From: an uncultured Anaeromyxobacteraceae bacterium | Lineage (GTDB): Bacteria; Myxococcota_A; UBA9042; DTJE01 | Reading direction: 5' to 3' | DNA length: 64,000 nt | NCBI GenBank assembly: GCA_964573455.1 | Contig: CAZNJW010000003.1 | Span: forward strand, 571-64,570 | In this document: positions 9,201-16,527 of the stretch, piece after piece | Numbering within the stretch: position 1 is the stretch's first letter | Layout: each line of letters opens with the position of its first letter | Notes under the pieces: generated by a model | What the model was told of the DNA's origin: nothing | The model's input: only the letters and a program-made list of their open reading frames with translations | The model's database searches: none | Made by a program: the position numbers and the translations under genes

Positions 9201-11763
9201 ACGGCGAGTGCAGCGGGATGTTCGCTTCGGTACTGTATTCATCCTGGGACACCAGACCCATCCGGTAGGAGCCGGCGGTTTCCTCGTTGCAGGATGGCTT
9301 TATGTCGATACCGCAGTAGTAGTAACCGTTGACCGTCATTGGAACTCCGCAGACCAGCTGAACCATGCCGGGCAGCGTATCGCAGAATCCAGACTGGCCG
9401 ACATCCGGAGCGCCGGAAGTGAATACCGGCCGATCGAGCGGCTCGCTGTCCAGTCTGGAAAGCGGGTTTCCGTAGAAACCCCAGGTCTGGTTGCTGGCAT
9501 CCCGGTCGTAGTAGCACATGTACAGCCTGGTCCAGTCGCAGGATCCAACCGTGAGAGCGGGCATCTCGCCGTAATTGGCGGACTCGGCCACCAGGGTGCC
9601 GGTCTGGGTGTTGCAGACGGTGCCGTCCTGAGGACACCTGAAGGCCCTGGCCTTGACGAACTCGTTGCTGACACCGGCCGCGACCTTGACGTCATCGATC
9701 TGCCATGAATCGATCATGTAGGTGGTTCCCGGAGCCGTGTCGATCATGAAACCTATCTTCAGTGTGGGAGAGAACTTGATCGCGTCCGGGACCTCGGCCG
9801 ACATCAGGTCGTACTCGAGGTCATGATTGACCATCTCCTCCCAGACGAGGTATCCGGGATTGAACGAATTGTTCGCGCTGGCCACGACCTTCAGCCTGAC
9901 GTATTGACCGGGCGCCGCGTGCTTGTATGACATCCTCCACTGAACGGTGGTTTTCTTCAGTGTCTCGTTAAAGGTGTCCCGGGCGGCGGTCATGCCGTCG
10001 AGCTGCGGGGTGATGGCCACGCTCTTGACCACTATCGTGGGCAGCGGATCCCATGTGAAGGCCAGGTGTGTGTCGGGACCGAGTTCATCCACTTCACCGT
10101 TGAGCTTCCAGTGGGATACCGCGTTAGTCTGGAAATCCTGGAAGGTCCACCCGATTTCCTGGAAGGATCCGGTTCCGTCGAACGGCTGGATGTAGGGCAG
10201 ATCGACCTTGCAGTTCGGATTGACCGGGTGCGCGCACACACGGCGCCCTGAAATCGGTTCCAACTCGCAGCGTTCGAGCGTGCACGGATTGCCCTCGTCG
10301 GGGCAATCCGCGTGATCCTCGCAGCAATCGGAGGTGTTCCAGGAGTGACGGCAGCTGTTAAGGGCGCACCTGTCGATTGTGCAGATGTCGCCGTCGTCAC
10401 AGTCGTTATCCTGGGTGCAGCAGTCAGCCTGCATCTTTTCGTGCAGACACTGATGTCCCCAGCAGGAATCGTAGGTGCAGTAGTCACCGTCGTCACATTC
10501 GGCATTCAGGTTGCAGCAGTTTTCAACCGGCTCGCCGGCCGAACACAGATTGGTTGAAAGGTCACAGAAGTCCGGGGTGCAGAATTTCTTGTCGTCACAC
10601 TGGGCATTGGCGAACGCGTTGCGCTCGATTTCACTGGCCCAGGGAAGTCCCGTGACCGGATTGACGGATGCGGGCGCGTAGCAGCAACCAGGGTTGATGT
10701 TGTATGCCGAATACACGCAGCGGTTGTTCGTGCAGTAATCGGCATTGCACGGATTCTCGTCCAGACAATCCGAAACGTCGTGGCAGCAGCCGTCGATCTC
10801 GGTGTTGGTACACGTGAGCGTGTTCACGTTGCAGAAGTCCTGGGTGCAAGGCTCGGAGTCGTTACAATCGGCGTTCACCAGACAGCAACCGGGCACGCGG
10901 GGGTTCTCGCAGACGCCAGCCGAGCAGGCATCGTAGGTGCAGGCATTTCCGTCCAGACAAGTCGGATGATTCTGTTCGCGGTAGCCGTCGTTCCGGGCGC
11001 CGGGGGTTCCCTTGTCGCCGGAACCGAACACTGTGGAGGCAACTACGAAATCCAGGTCTCCCCACTCGGCGGGATCGGCAGGGAACTCTGGGAAGAACAA
11101 CGCTTCGTTCTCAAGCGAGTGATGCCTGAGACCGATCGCTGCCCCGGCCGGCGCCGATGTCGTATATCCCTGCATGGGACCGTACACCACCCTGTCGACC
11201 TCGACACCCTGCGGGTCAAGCAGCAGGACCGAGTCGCCGCCGTTGATCAAGGCGAAGTTCGTCAACTGGTAGGCGCAGGTGACGCCGCCGTTGGTGGACT
11301 GATTGGCGTTGCGGCACAGCACCAGGTAACCACCGGAGGGAATTACCAGTTCACCAACGATCTGGTGGACGCCGGGACCGTCTTCGGCGATGAACCAGCC
11401 CGCCAGATCGACCGGCGCGGAGGTCGGGTTGTACAGCTCAATCCATTCACCAGAGGCATCGCCGACCGCGACCGAGTCGATCAACAATTCGTTGATAACG
11501 ACATGATTGACCACAGGCTCGCAGGTCCTGGCTTCACGTGGCACGAGCTGGCGATCCTCGAGAGGCGCCGACTCTTCCGCGCGAACGGTTTCGGGACCCT
11601 TCGTCTCGGGCGCGCCCAGTTCGGACACGCCGGCATCGGTTGCAGTCGTCGCTGTCATCGCGCCGACGACGGCGTGATTGTCAACGCCGTTTTCCGAACA
11701 ACCGGCGATGGCCCCGGCCACAAAAACGGCCAGAACCGCAAGACTGATGGGATGGAGCTTCAT
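3217..11763 (-). CDS. Giant (2,848 aa) cysteine-dense secreted lipoprotein. Mosaic of a lamin-tail (LTD)-like domain, Cys-knot repeat blocks, a MAM/jelly-roll-like domain, three proprotein-convertase-type P-domains, a PPC-like domain and a repeated C-terminal knot region.
   Basis: Single uninterrupted ORF 3217..11811. Start placed at ATG 11763 (AGGAGG upstream), which gives MKLHPISLAVLAVFVAGAIAGC (signal peptide plus lipobox). Domain motifs read from the translation are mapped in the findings. Confidence 0.9.
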   Translation of the reverse strand: MKLHPISLAVLAVFVAGAIAGCSENGVDNHAVVGAMTATTATDAGVSELGAPETKGPETVRAEESAPLEDRQLVPREARTCEPVVNHVVINELLIDSVAVGDASGEWIELYNPTSAPVDLAGWFIAEDGPGVHQIVGELVIPSGGYLVLCRNANQSTNGGVTCAYQLTNFALINGGDSVLLLDPQGVEVDRVVYGPMQGYTTSAPAGAAIGLRHHSLENEALFFPEFPADPAEWGDLDFVVASTVFGSGDKGTPGARNDGYREQNHPTCLDGNACTYDACSAGVCENPRVPGCCLVNADCNDSEPCTQDFCNVNTLTCTNTEIDGCCHDVSDCLDENPCNADYCTNNRCVYSAYNINPGCCYAPASVNPVTGLPWASEIERNAFANAQCDDKKFCTPDFCDLSTNLCSAGEPVENCCNLNAECDDGDYCTYDSCWGHQCLHEKMQADCCTQDNDCDDGDICTIDRCALNSCRHSWNTSDCCEDHADCPDEGNPCTLERCELEPISGRRVCAHPVNPNCKVDLPYIQPFDGTGSFQEIGWTFQDFQTNAVSHWKLNGEVDELGPDTHLAFTWDPLPTIVVKSVAITPQLDGMTAARDTFNETLKKTTVQWRMSYKHAAPGQYVRLKVVASANNSFNPGYLVWEEMVNHDLEYDLMSAEVPDAIKFSPTLKIGFMIDTAPGTTYMIDSWQIDDVKVAAGVSNEFVKARAFRCPQDGTVCNTQTGTLVAESANYGEMPALTVGSCDWTRLYMCYYDRDASNQTWGFYGNPLSRLDSEPLDRPVFTSGAPDVGQSGFCDTLPGMVQLVCGVPMTVNGYYYCGIDIKPSCNEETAGSYRMGLVSQDEYSTEANIPLHSPFESLTKFDLTVLLEDGYIVWSPNGMNDPSAVMIKQAIKDSGRKAQIITNLAMVPDLTRYDGVFAVLGVKGRYARVTPMDAARLRLFLDAGGRVYLEGGEFFYTPAFSQPETVLHPYFKTEATSDGGTVRVAGPVSGKNFLYGAEFAVAQDAGVNAWIDKLRHVSEGGGREILRNSNPNDPFALAVSYEGAIEGGVYRTIGASLPFGAYVYSGAMTTNQLMSMYLNFLENGYPPCTSVENCQDFEVCTTDYCNASQCVNLQVQDCIPCENDKYRPDGTLSCGINQACDKSVGYCVDIPGFRFDADCQTDFGAAPVMASCAVNVAANGAIANSNFKIGVAHEYRGDVKLTVTSPSGTSAIVRNSSFTDAKANIYETYDIGVPSAEPLTAFDGEGSVGTWTVVAEDTDPSLSNGKFEEWHLFAELADVSCDDVADCPASLCQTASCEGGVCVFTPKGCDDGLTCTVDSCDPATGQCINEVIEACGGPCSTHDDCFRNEVCLVAETEDRVCDPINDVDPLTGDSLCVCRTIEGQPYEYDWITDLPSDIPDNDPAGLTKVLHVNATGYVSNVKVKIRTIHEAAGDLRAELCHEDVCVRLRDSKGGTNPGFHDVYDWDPVVGPGQMIDYRRLPVAGDWTLKVWDNVTGMTGQLVYFTIYVVSAGCFRNSECDDNNLCTLDSCTNVSTGGVCVHSMKQCEPSNDPCQANVCQADTGECAVVNSANGAPCDDGLFCTGDDFCSAGTCQGGDPVDCSYMNGTCMVGFCSEDLDQCTTVQAEDGTTCDDGETCNKGDFCSAGMCMPGPDLVCECRDGLASSCLDDGNLCNGSVWICNDDKMCELSDGPVMCDDPGIECRRNVCDPFDGSCKMQNALNYTPCEDGQFCTIQDYCQVGEDDLSTCLGGAARDCAVTDFDCSDGYCSSCVEGYCDEQTDTCAEWNADNGTPCEFDGLGCSDDVCTDGMCGFGTMVDCTDTGDDCNEGICQNVGWGGHLCVRGAFPDGTPCSDEPNACTEDLCIQGYCEHERMQNCNGPCGGEHPFDAGDDDCGFEDSCVGGIDGYPLGGCNPTCSDGMCYKAASGTVDLPINERVGVNGCTSITLPVSTGFAYVKDIEIKVRLSHEAVGDLQMDLIDPQGARHRLWHNLGGDNDGFANTFDLSFPITYPGISTSGQPMCALNGEQIDGVWTLQICDVVSGSSGTIHDWSMYMKGSDDPTLNLGSRCETPIDLGNQDVNPSVFVDGTLQCAINSVNDSGCGGLEGPDRLYKFNLLTPKRVTIKLLPVPGNRLVLFLKDSAGATCAAGSLRCSETTDTNPAVVDLQLQPGDYYVGVDTNSGMFAYTPFRFELRVQTLLENGADCDDLILGEQDLDCVSQHCQNGFCCDGGDCCPTEPWVVPEDGQDPNLLWIDPAWMEADLICNRVGAGVYSEEPICNDPDMTDPLNPINFCQGIRWDARCVNNQCVKTEVPDDTACDDTVESDRCGFYYSMFCGDEGPLPPAVQIKPDCLSYCTSNTDCDANAHCDPVVATDPDPDPSLRAMFCTVDLPNGAPSNEDSDCISGHSQNGFCCSEGDCCPSSDEQGAATCPGIYTTPASCDTVSDPITGDLVCEGHRKDPVCVDNKCGDQLVRDDCRCGGALADNCGAYLPALCPISPTSTCPGATWLEPWNGGGTVCLTSCLTDGVPDDSKCDDDARCDWDDNNPTNAICIPLVPNGGPCEQDIDCLNQQWLPGGIGHCQNDFCCDFGDCCNRNTDCPVVEPRGGYWAPPSCSDYSTCQGTETLATCIDSQCGSEYAPEDSACVYDLGQVSDDCGYFLPVYCNGDVDQIDPACPTTCYDAGTTVEMDEVCDANAHCDPMPPTYSTAECVADLPNEQPCNEDSDCISQFCQSGYCCDVGGCCAGCKITNATPSFGNAGYEGPVSTETGFIQFAPSVPLGKRPATGANSIGTELGTYEGVTVVISCWNRIMDQSETDIDCGGRVCNRCIAGKHCVYGTDCASGTCVAGLCQ

Positions 11764-12172
11764 AGCGCCTCCTTGACCGGTGATGACACCTGCCACGCAA
11801 ACATTGCACACCCGCCGTGACCAAGATCAGGACGACCCGGCAAAAAGCCAATCCTTCCGGCCGGTTACCCAGCAACGGACACACTCGGATCACGGAGGAA
11901 ATAATCCACCGGGTTTCTTTTGCAGCAGGAACCGTGCCACAACACACCCGGATTTCTCAACTGCCTTTCTTACGCGCCGCAGCCACGCCCACGAATCACT
12001 GTCTGACAAGCCGAGGCGTCAGCGAAAGAGGTTCACCACGCGGACAGAGTCAGCACACATTCGCCGTCCGCCCCTTTCCCTGTTAAGAAAAGTACGGGTA
12101 TACTACCGGCCTTATGGCTGGTTCCCGCCGGTTTTGGGCCGCCATGTCGTTTCCGACTCCCTGGAGGTGATC

Positions 12173-12670
12173 ATGAATCGTGTTCTCTCTACGCTGATTG
12201 TTGTGACAGCGCTGGCCGTCATGTCAGGCTGCACGCCGACCCCCGCCGGTGATGGATCTTCTGCGGCAGGTAGCGCTGCAACACAGGAACCGGCCGGAAA
12301 TGAACCCGCGGCCGCCCCCGCCGCCGCGCCCGCCGCCGAACAGAAGGCTGAGGCGCCGGCCGAGGCCGCGAACACGGAAGCGGCGAAGACCGATCCCGCC
12401 ACCGAGGACAAGCAGGAAGAGGCCGCCGAGGATCCGGACGACGAGGCTGTTGGCGGCGACGATTCGTCGGTGGATCGCGAAAAGCTGGCCAAGGCCTACG
12501 AAGAGGTCTACTGCGCCCAGAAAAAGAACGAAATGAGCAAGATCCTGGACATCTACAAGAAGTACGGCTTCGAGACGCCCGAGGATTTCGTCTCCATGTG
12601 GATGGACGCCACCAGGGACACTGCCTGGGTCTCGAAGCTCGCCCACGAAGTTGCGTCGAAATGCAAATGA
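12173..12670 (+). CDS. Hypothetical lipoprotein (165 aa): Ala/Pro/Glu-rich linker plus a small helical C-terminal domain
   Basis: Inside ORF 11780..12670. ATG 12173 follows GGAGGTGATC and gives MNRVLSTLIVVTALAVMSGC (lipobox). The upstream 130 codons look non-coding. Confidence 0.65.
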   Translation: MNRVLSTLIVVTALAVMSGCTPTPAGDGSSAAGSAATQEPAGNEPAAAPAAAPAAEQKAEAPAEAANTEAAKTDPATEDKQEEAAEDPDDEAVGGDDSSVDREKLAKAYEEVYCAQKKNEMSKILDIYKKYGFETPEDFVSMWMDATRDTAWVSKLAHEVASKCK

Positions 12671-12684
12671 TTCCGGCTCCGCGG

Positions 12685-13494
12685 TCAGCCGGCTTCCGTT
12701 GATCCTGCCGGGACTGCAGGTACCACGAACAACCTTCCGTCGGTCTCCTTGATTCCGATATAGAAATCGCAACCGAAAACCTTCCTCAGGACAGGATAAA
12801 GCATGACCTGGTCCGGGCTGCCGAACGCCTCCACACGACCTTCGCTGACCAGCATCAGGCGGTCGCAGACCATCAGGGCCACGTTCAGGTCGTGTATGGC
12901 CGAGACGACACAGAGTCCTGTTTCGCGCGCCCGGGCCGACAGACCACCAAGGATCCGAAGTGAGTGGGACACGTCGAGGTTGGCGGTCGGTTCGTCAAGC
13001 AGGAGCAGTCTTGACCCCTGGGCCACGGCGCGCGCGATAAGAACGCGGCGCTGCTCACCAGCGGAAAGCTCCGCGTATTGCCTGCCCGCGAACGCGGCGA
13101 CATCAGCGAATTCCATCGCGTCGCTGACAGCATCGCGATCCCGGGCGCTTTCGAACACGCCCGACAGGTGGCAGGTCCTTCCCAGCGCGACCAGTTCACG
13201 CACTGTCAAAGGAAACTCCGCGTGCAGTGACGCAGACAGAAAGGCGGCCAGGCGCGCGGCCTCGCGGCGGGGAATGGACGCCGGATCACGCCCGAACACC
13301 CTGACCTGCCCGGAATCCGGCCTGATTAGACCGGCAGCGAGGCGCAGGATCGTCGACTTGCCCGCACCGTTCGGACCGATGATGCCTATCAACTCCCCCG
13401 GATGAAACTCGGCAAGGACTCTGTCGGCGGCCGGAACGGACGAGCCCGGCCAGGAGAACGCGACCGAATCAAACCGCAGCGGGCAATCGCTCAT
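12685..13494 (-). CDS. btuD: ABC transporter ATP-binding protein, FepC/BtuD type. B12 import is inferred from operon context.
   Basis: Walker A GPNGAGKST, signature LSAGEQRRV, Walker B LLLLDEP. ATG 13494 overlaps the upstream permease stop (ATGA). The ORF-track start at 13659 is an upstream extension. Confidence 0.8.
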   Translation of the reverse strand: MSDCPLRFDSVAFSWPGSSVPAADRVLAEFHPGELIGIIGPNGAGKSTILRLAAGLIRPDSGQVRVFGRDPASIPRREAARLAAFLSASLHAEFPLTVRELVALGRTCHLSGVFESARDRDAVSDAMEFADVAAFAGRQYAELSAGEQRRVLIARAVAQGSRLLLLDEPTANLDVSHSLRILGGLSARARETGLCVVSAIHDLNVALMVCDRLMLVSEGRVEAFGSPDQVMLYPVLRKVFGCDFYIGIKETDGRLFVVPAVPAGSTEAG

Positions 13495-14492
13495 CTGTTG
13501 CCCCTCCGCAGCAGCCACACGAAAACAGGGCCTCCAACAAGGGCGGTGAGTACGCCGACCGGTGCCTCGGTCTCGAAGACAGGGAACAGCAGTCTGGTAG
13601 CCACGTCCGCCAGCACCAGGAATGCCGCGCCGGTAAACATGCTGGCCGGAAGCGCCCACCGGTGATCGGATCCGACCAGCACCCTCACCCCGTGCGGGAC
13701 GATCAAACCAACGAAACCAATCATCCCGGACACCGAAACGGCAGAGGCGACCAGAAGCGAGCCGGCGGCGAGCGCCACCCTGGTCACCCTGTGGGTATCC
13801 ACTCCCACGGAGGCGGCGTCCTCATCACCGACCGTGAGCGCGTTCAGGGCCGGGGAGATCATGAAAAGCGTGACCCCACCCGCCACGGTCATGGCAACGG
13901 TCATTCCAATCGCCCACGGCCCCCTCACGTCCGACGAGAGAGTGCCCATCAGCCACATCAGCATCTCCTGCGCCTTCTGCGCCTTGACGACCGACTTGAT
14001 GAACATGATGACCGCGGATGCGAAGGTGTTGAAGATAACGCCGACGAGCAGAACCTCCCAGACATTGATGCGCCCTCGCGAGTCACGCGAAAGCCATGAG
14101 GTCGCGGCAATCGATAAGAGCCCGAATACAAAGGCGAACAAAGGGACACCAGCCTGTCCAAGAATGACCGAAACCGGCAGGATCATGGCCAGCGTGCCGC
14201 CAACCGCCGATCCACCCGCCACACCGATTACGTAAGGGTCGGCCAGTGGATTTCTGAGCACCGCCTGAAAGGCCATGCCTGCGGCTGCGAGCGACGCTCC
14301 CACCGAGGCGCCTATGATCGTTCTTGGAAGCCGTTCGCGAAGAAGGATGGCGCGGTCGAGAGGAGAATCTCCCGTGACAGCCCCGAGCAGATCTATCGTG
14401 GTTGCCCCGAACGCGACCGATAGAACCATGGACGCAAGGGCGCCCAAGGCCATCAAGATCAGGACGAGAGTTCTGTCGGGACGAACTTTCAA
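13491..14492 (-). CDS. btuC: FecCD-family ABC permease (BtuC-like)
   Basis: 333 aa and about 9-10 TM segments. Typical FecCD end ...GVLTALVGGPVFVWLLRR. The TTG start overlaps the stop of the upstream binding-protein gene. Confidence 0.8.
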   Translation of the reverse strand: MKVRPDRTLVLILMALGALASMVLSVAFGATTIDLLGAVTGDSPLDRAILLRERLPRTIIGASVGASLAAAGMAFQAVLRNPLADPYVIGVAGGSAVGGTLAMILPVSVILGQAGVPLFAFVFGLLSIAATSWLSRDSRGRINVWEVLLVGVIFNTFASAVIMFIKSVVKAQKAQEMLMWLMGTLSSDVRGPWAIGMTVAMTVAGGVTLFMISPALNALTVGDEDAASVGVDTHRVTRVALAAGSLLVASAVSVSGMIGFVGLIVPHGVRVLVGSDHRWALPASMFTGAAFLVLADVATRLLFPVFETEAPVGVLTALVGGPVFVWLLRRGNR

Positions 14493-15346
14493 AGTTTCCC
14501 TCCACGATCAAGGATGGCCCGGATATCCGCGGCCAGAGCAGCGGCGGCAGCCACGGCGTCCGGGCCGGGCAGCAGGATCGTCTCGTCCGGGATGTGAACC
14601 ACCGGAGCATCGATTCCGGAGTCCGCGAGGATCCTGGCCGAAGGTTCCCCGCCAGCGATACCGTCGATGATCAACTCGGGGCGGGCCTTCAGAACCTGCT
14701 CGATCGACCAGGTCGGAAAGGTGACGGTATCTGAATCAACCGCGTTTTCAAGTCCCATCGCCGACATCAACTGACCCTGGAACGACGATGGACCGGCGAC
14801 CACCAGGGGTCTGGTGCCCACTACGAACAACGCGCGACGGCGTGGCATCCCGGTCGCGAGCGAGTCGAGCCCTCGATCAAATTCTCCCACCAGCCGGACG
14901 GCCTCGGCATCGGTACCCGTCGCTCGGCCGATCGCCATGATCGATCGCCTTACGTCGTCGAAGTCCTCGAACTCGATTGGCAGGAAGGAGACTCCCGCCG
15001 GATGCAGAATCTCTACCAGACGACCCCTGAGAACCGCTGGAGATCCGATGACGACGTCCGGCCGAGCCTCGGCGACAGCCTCAACCGAGACATCCAGTAT
15101 CCCGCCGACCCTCGGTATGGTCCTGGCAGCTTCGGGTCTTTCGCAGTAACGCGTGACTCCGACAAGGCGATCACCGGCGCCAAGCTGGAACACGATCAGC
15201 GTGGCAGAGGGTATCAACGACACGATCCGGGCTGTGGCGGGAGTTGATTCGGTACGGGGAACAGGCCGAACTCCTTCCCCGCACGCGCATGCCAGAAACG
15301 CGCATAGAAGCAGTGTCGAGCGAAATATCATGCGTCGGATCGTCAT
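14489..15346 (-). CDS. btuF: Periplasmic substrate-binding lipoprotein of the cobalamin/siderophore ABC type (BtuF-like)
   Basis: ATG 15346 (GGAGG upstream) gives MTIRRMIFRSTLLLCAFLACAC, then RIVSLIPSATLIVFQLGAGDRLVGVTRYC (PBP type 8 motif). The ORF-track start at 15757 is an extension. Confidence 0.75.
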   Translation of the reverse strand: MTIRRMIFRSTLLLCAFLACACGEGVRPVPRTESTPATARIVSLIPSATLIVFQLGAGDRLVGVTRYCERPEAARTIPRVGGILDVSVEAVAEARPDVVIGSPAVLRGRLVEILHPAGVSFLPIEFEDFDDVRRSIMAIGRATGTDAEAVRLVGEFDRGLDSLATGMPRRRALFVVGTRPLVVAGPSSFQGQLMSAMGLENAVDSDTVTFPTWSIEQVLKARPELIIDGIAGGEPSARILADSGIDAPVVHIPDETILLPGPDAVAAAAALAADIRAILDRGGKL

Positions 15347-16527
15347 TCGACCTCCCGAAGCGAGCCGTCGGTGATGTCTACTGCCACCAGCCTGTTCAAC
15401 TTCAGACACGAAACCCAGGCGGTCACGCCTCGATCCGACGGTTCCAGCGCAAGGTCCCATGGATTGCAGTTGACCGGCAGCGCCAGCGTCCGGACGTCGC
15501 CCGTGACGCTGTCCACCACAGACAGGCTGTTGCTGCCCGAATTGACCACATACAGATTCCCGTCCAGCAGCTTCATCCGGTTCGGGGTCAGCAGGTTGCG
15601 GGCGAGCTTCCTGACTCCGGCGGCTGGACCGGAGGCCGTGTCGAACGAAAGCACCTGGTTGGCAAGCCCCATCAGCAGATAGGTCGTGACACCGTCGGAC
15701 TCGATATCGAGAAGGCCGTCCAGCAGGCCGGCCTGTCCGACAACGATCGGGCCCCACGGTTCATCGACCACGGACAATCCGACAGGATCCAGAAGCTGCA
15801 CCTTGTCATCGTTGAAAAGTCCGACCATCAACAGGCCGTCCGGTCCCGGCGAGACAAGCGTCGTGTTCTGCGCGTCCCCGGGTCCCAGGAACACGGGATT
15901 CGAGGTGCCGCGAATAGCAGTTCCCGTCTCCAGATCCACAACGAACAGAGCCGCGACGGTGCCGCTGGCGACCCAGGCCAGTCCATCCTTCACGACCATC
16001 CCCGAAGGATACCCAACGACAGTCCCTTCGAGGTTCGGCAACGGGATCACGACCGAAGGCGAAACGGCCGTTTCGATGCCGTCGAGGTCGAAACCGCACA
16101 AGCCGCCTGAGGTCACTGGACGCACTATCGATTCTTCGCTGTCAAACGATGTCTGCCCTGAACACAGAACCCAGAGGCGATCGCCGGAAACGACGACCTC
16201 CTGCGGATTCTCGCAGGGAAGCCCAATCATGTTCAGAACGACCGCGTCCGAGGCGTCGACGACGGTAACGAACCCTTCTCCATACACCAGGCTGGCACCC
16301 TGGTATGCAAAATTTGCGTTTGCCACGAAGACTCGATCCTGCCAGAAGGCCACACCCTCGGGCCGCGAAAAGGCACGATCGGATGGTAAGCCCGGAACGT
16401 CCTTTTCATACTGATCCCGAAGCCCGCCTTCATCGCCTCCGAACGGTTCCTGGACGCATCCGAACCAGACTATGGTCGACAACGCCAGCAGACACGGCAG
16501 CCTGTTCATCATGCGTTTGTTTCTCAT
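15343..16527 (-). CDS. Beta-propeller (YncE/YVTN-like repeat) probable lipoprotein encoded between the TonB-dependent receptor and the ABC importer. Candidate surface B12-capture protein.
   Basis: Signal peptide ending ...IVWFGC. Repeated blade-like segments (VFVANANF..., LWVLCSG..., AWVASGT..., LYVVNSGSNSLSVVD, AWVSCLKLNRLVAVD). ATGA overlaps at both ends indicate translational coupling. Confidence 0.7.
   Translation of the reverse strand: MRNKRMMNRLPCLLALSTIVWFGCVQEPFGGDEGGLRDQYEKDVPGLPSDRAFSRPEGVAFWQDRVFVANANFAYQGASLVYGEGFVTVVDASDAVVLNMIGLPCENPQEVVVSGDRLWVLCSGQTSFDSEESIVRPVTSGGLCGFDLDGIETAVSPSVVIPLPNLEGTVVGYPSGMVVKDGLAWVASGTVAALFVVDLETGTAIRGTSNPVFLGPGDAQNTTLVSPGPDGLLMVGLFNDDKVQLLDPVGLSVVDEPWGPIVVGQAGLLDGLLDIESDGVTTYLLMGLANQVLSFDTASGPAAGVRKLARNLLTPNRMKLLDGNLYVVNSGSNSLSVVDSVTGDVRTLALPVNCNPWDLALEPSDRGVTAWVSCLKLNRLVAVDITDGSLREVE

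Noticed and set aside
3217-11763. Idea that the giant protein is a diversity-generating-retroelement target or part of a mobile island next to the tRNA
   Set aside because: There is no reverse transcriptase, template repeat, integrase, transposase or tRNA-3'-end direct repeat visible anywhere in the window. The internal repeats are in-frame protein modules.
3166-11820. Many 60-520-aa ORFs in other frames inside the giant gene (e.g. 5623..7179 +, 4402..5310 +, 7384..8253 +, 10780..11820 +, 3363..3971 -)
   Set aside because: All overlap the single continuous 2,848-codon frame, which has coherent domain motifs. Their translations are R/A/G/P-rich without motifs, RBS or signal peptides.
11780-12172. 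Upstream 131 codons of ORF 11780..12670
   Set aside because: This is a low-complexity R/P/T/H-rich translation crossing the divergent promoter region. The internal ATG at 12173 has GGAGG and yields a clean lipoprotein signal peptide.
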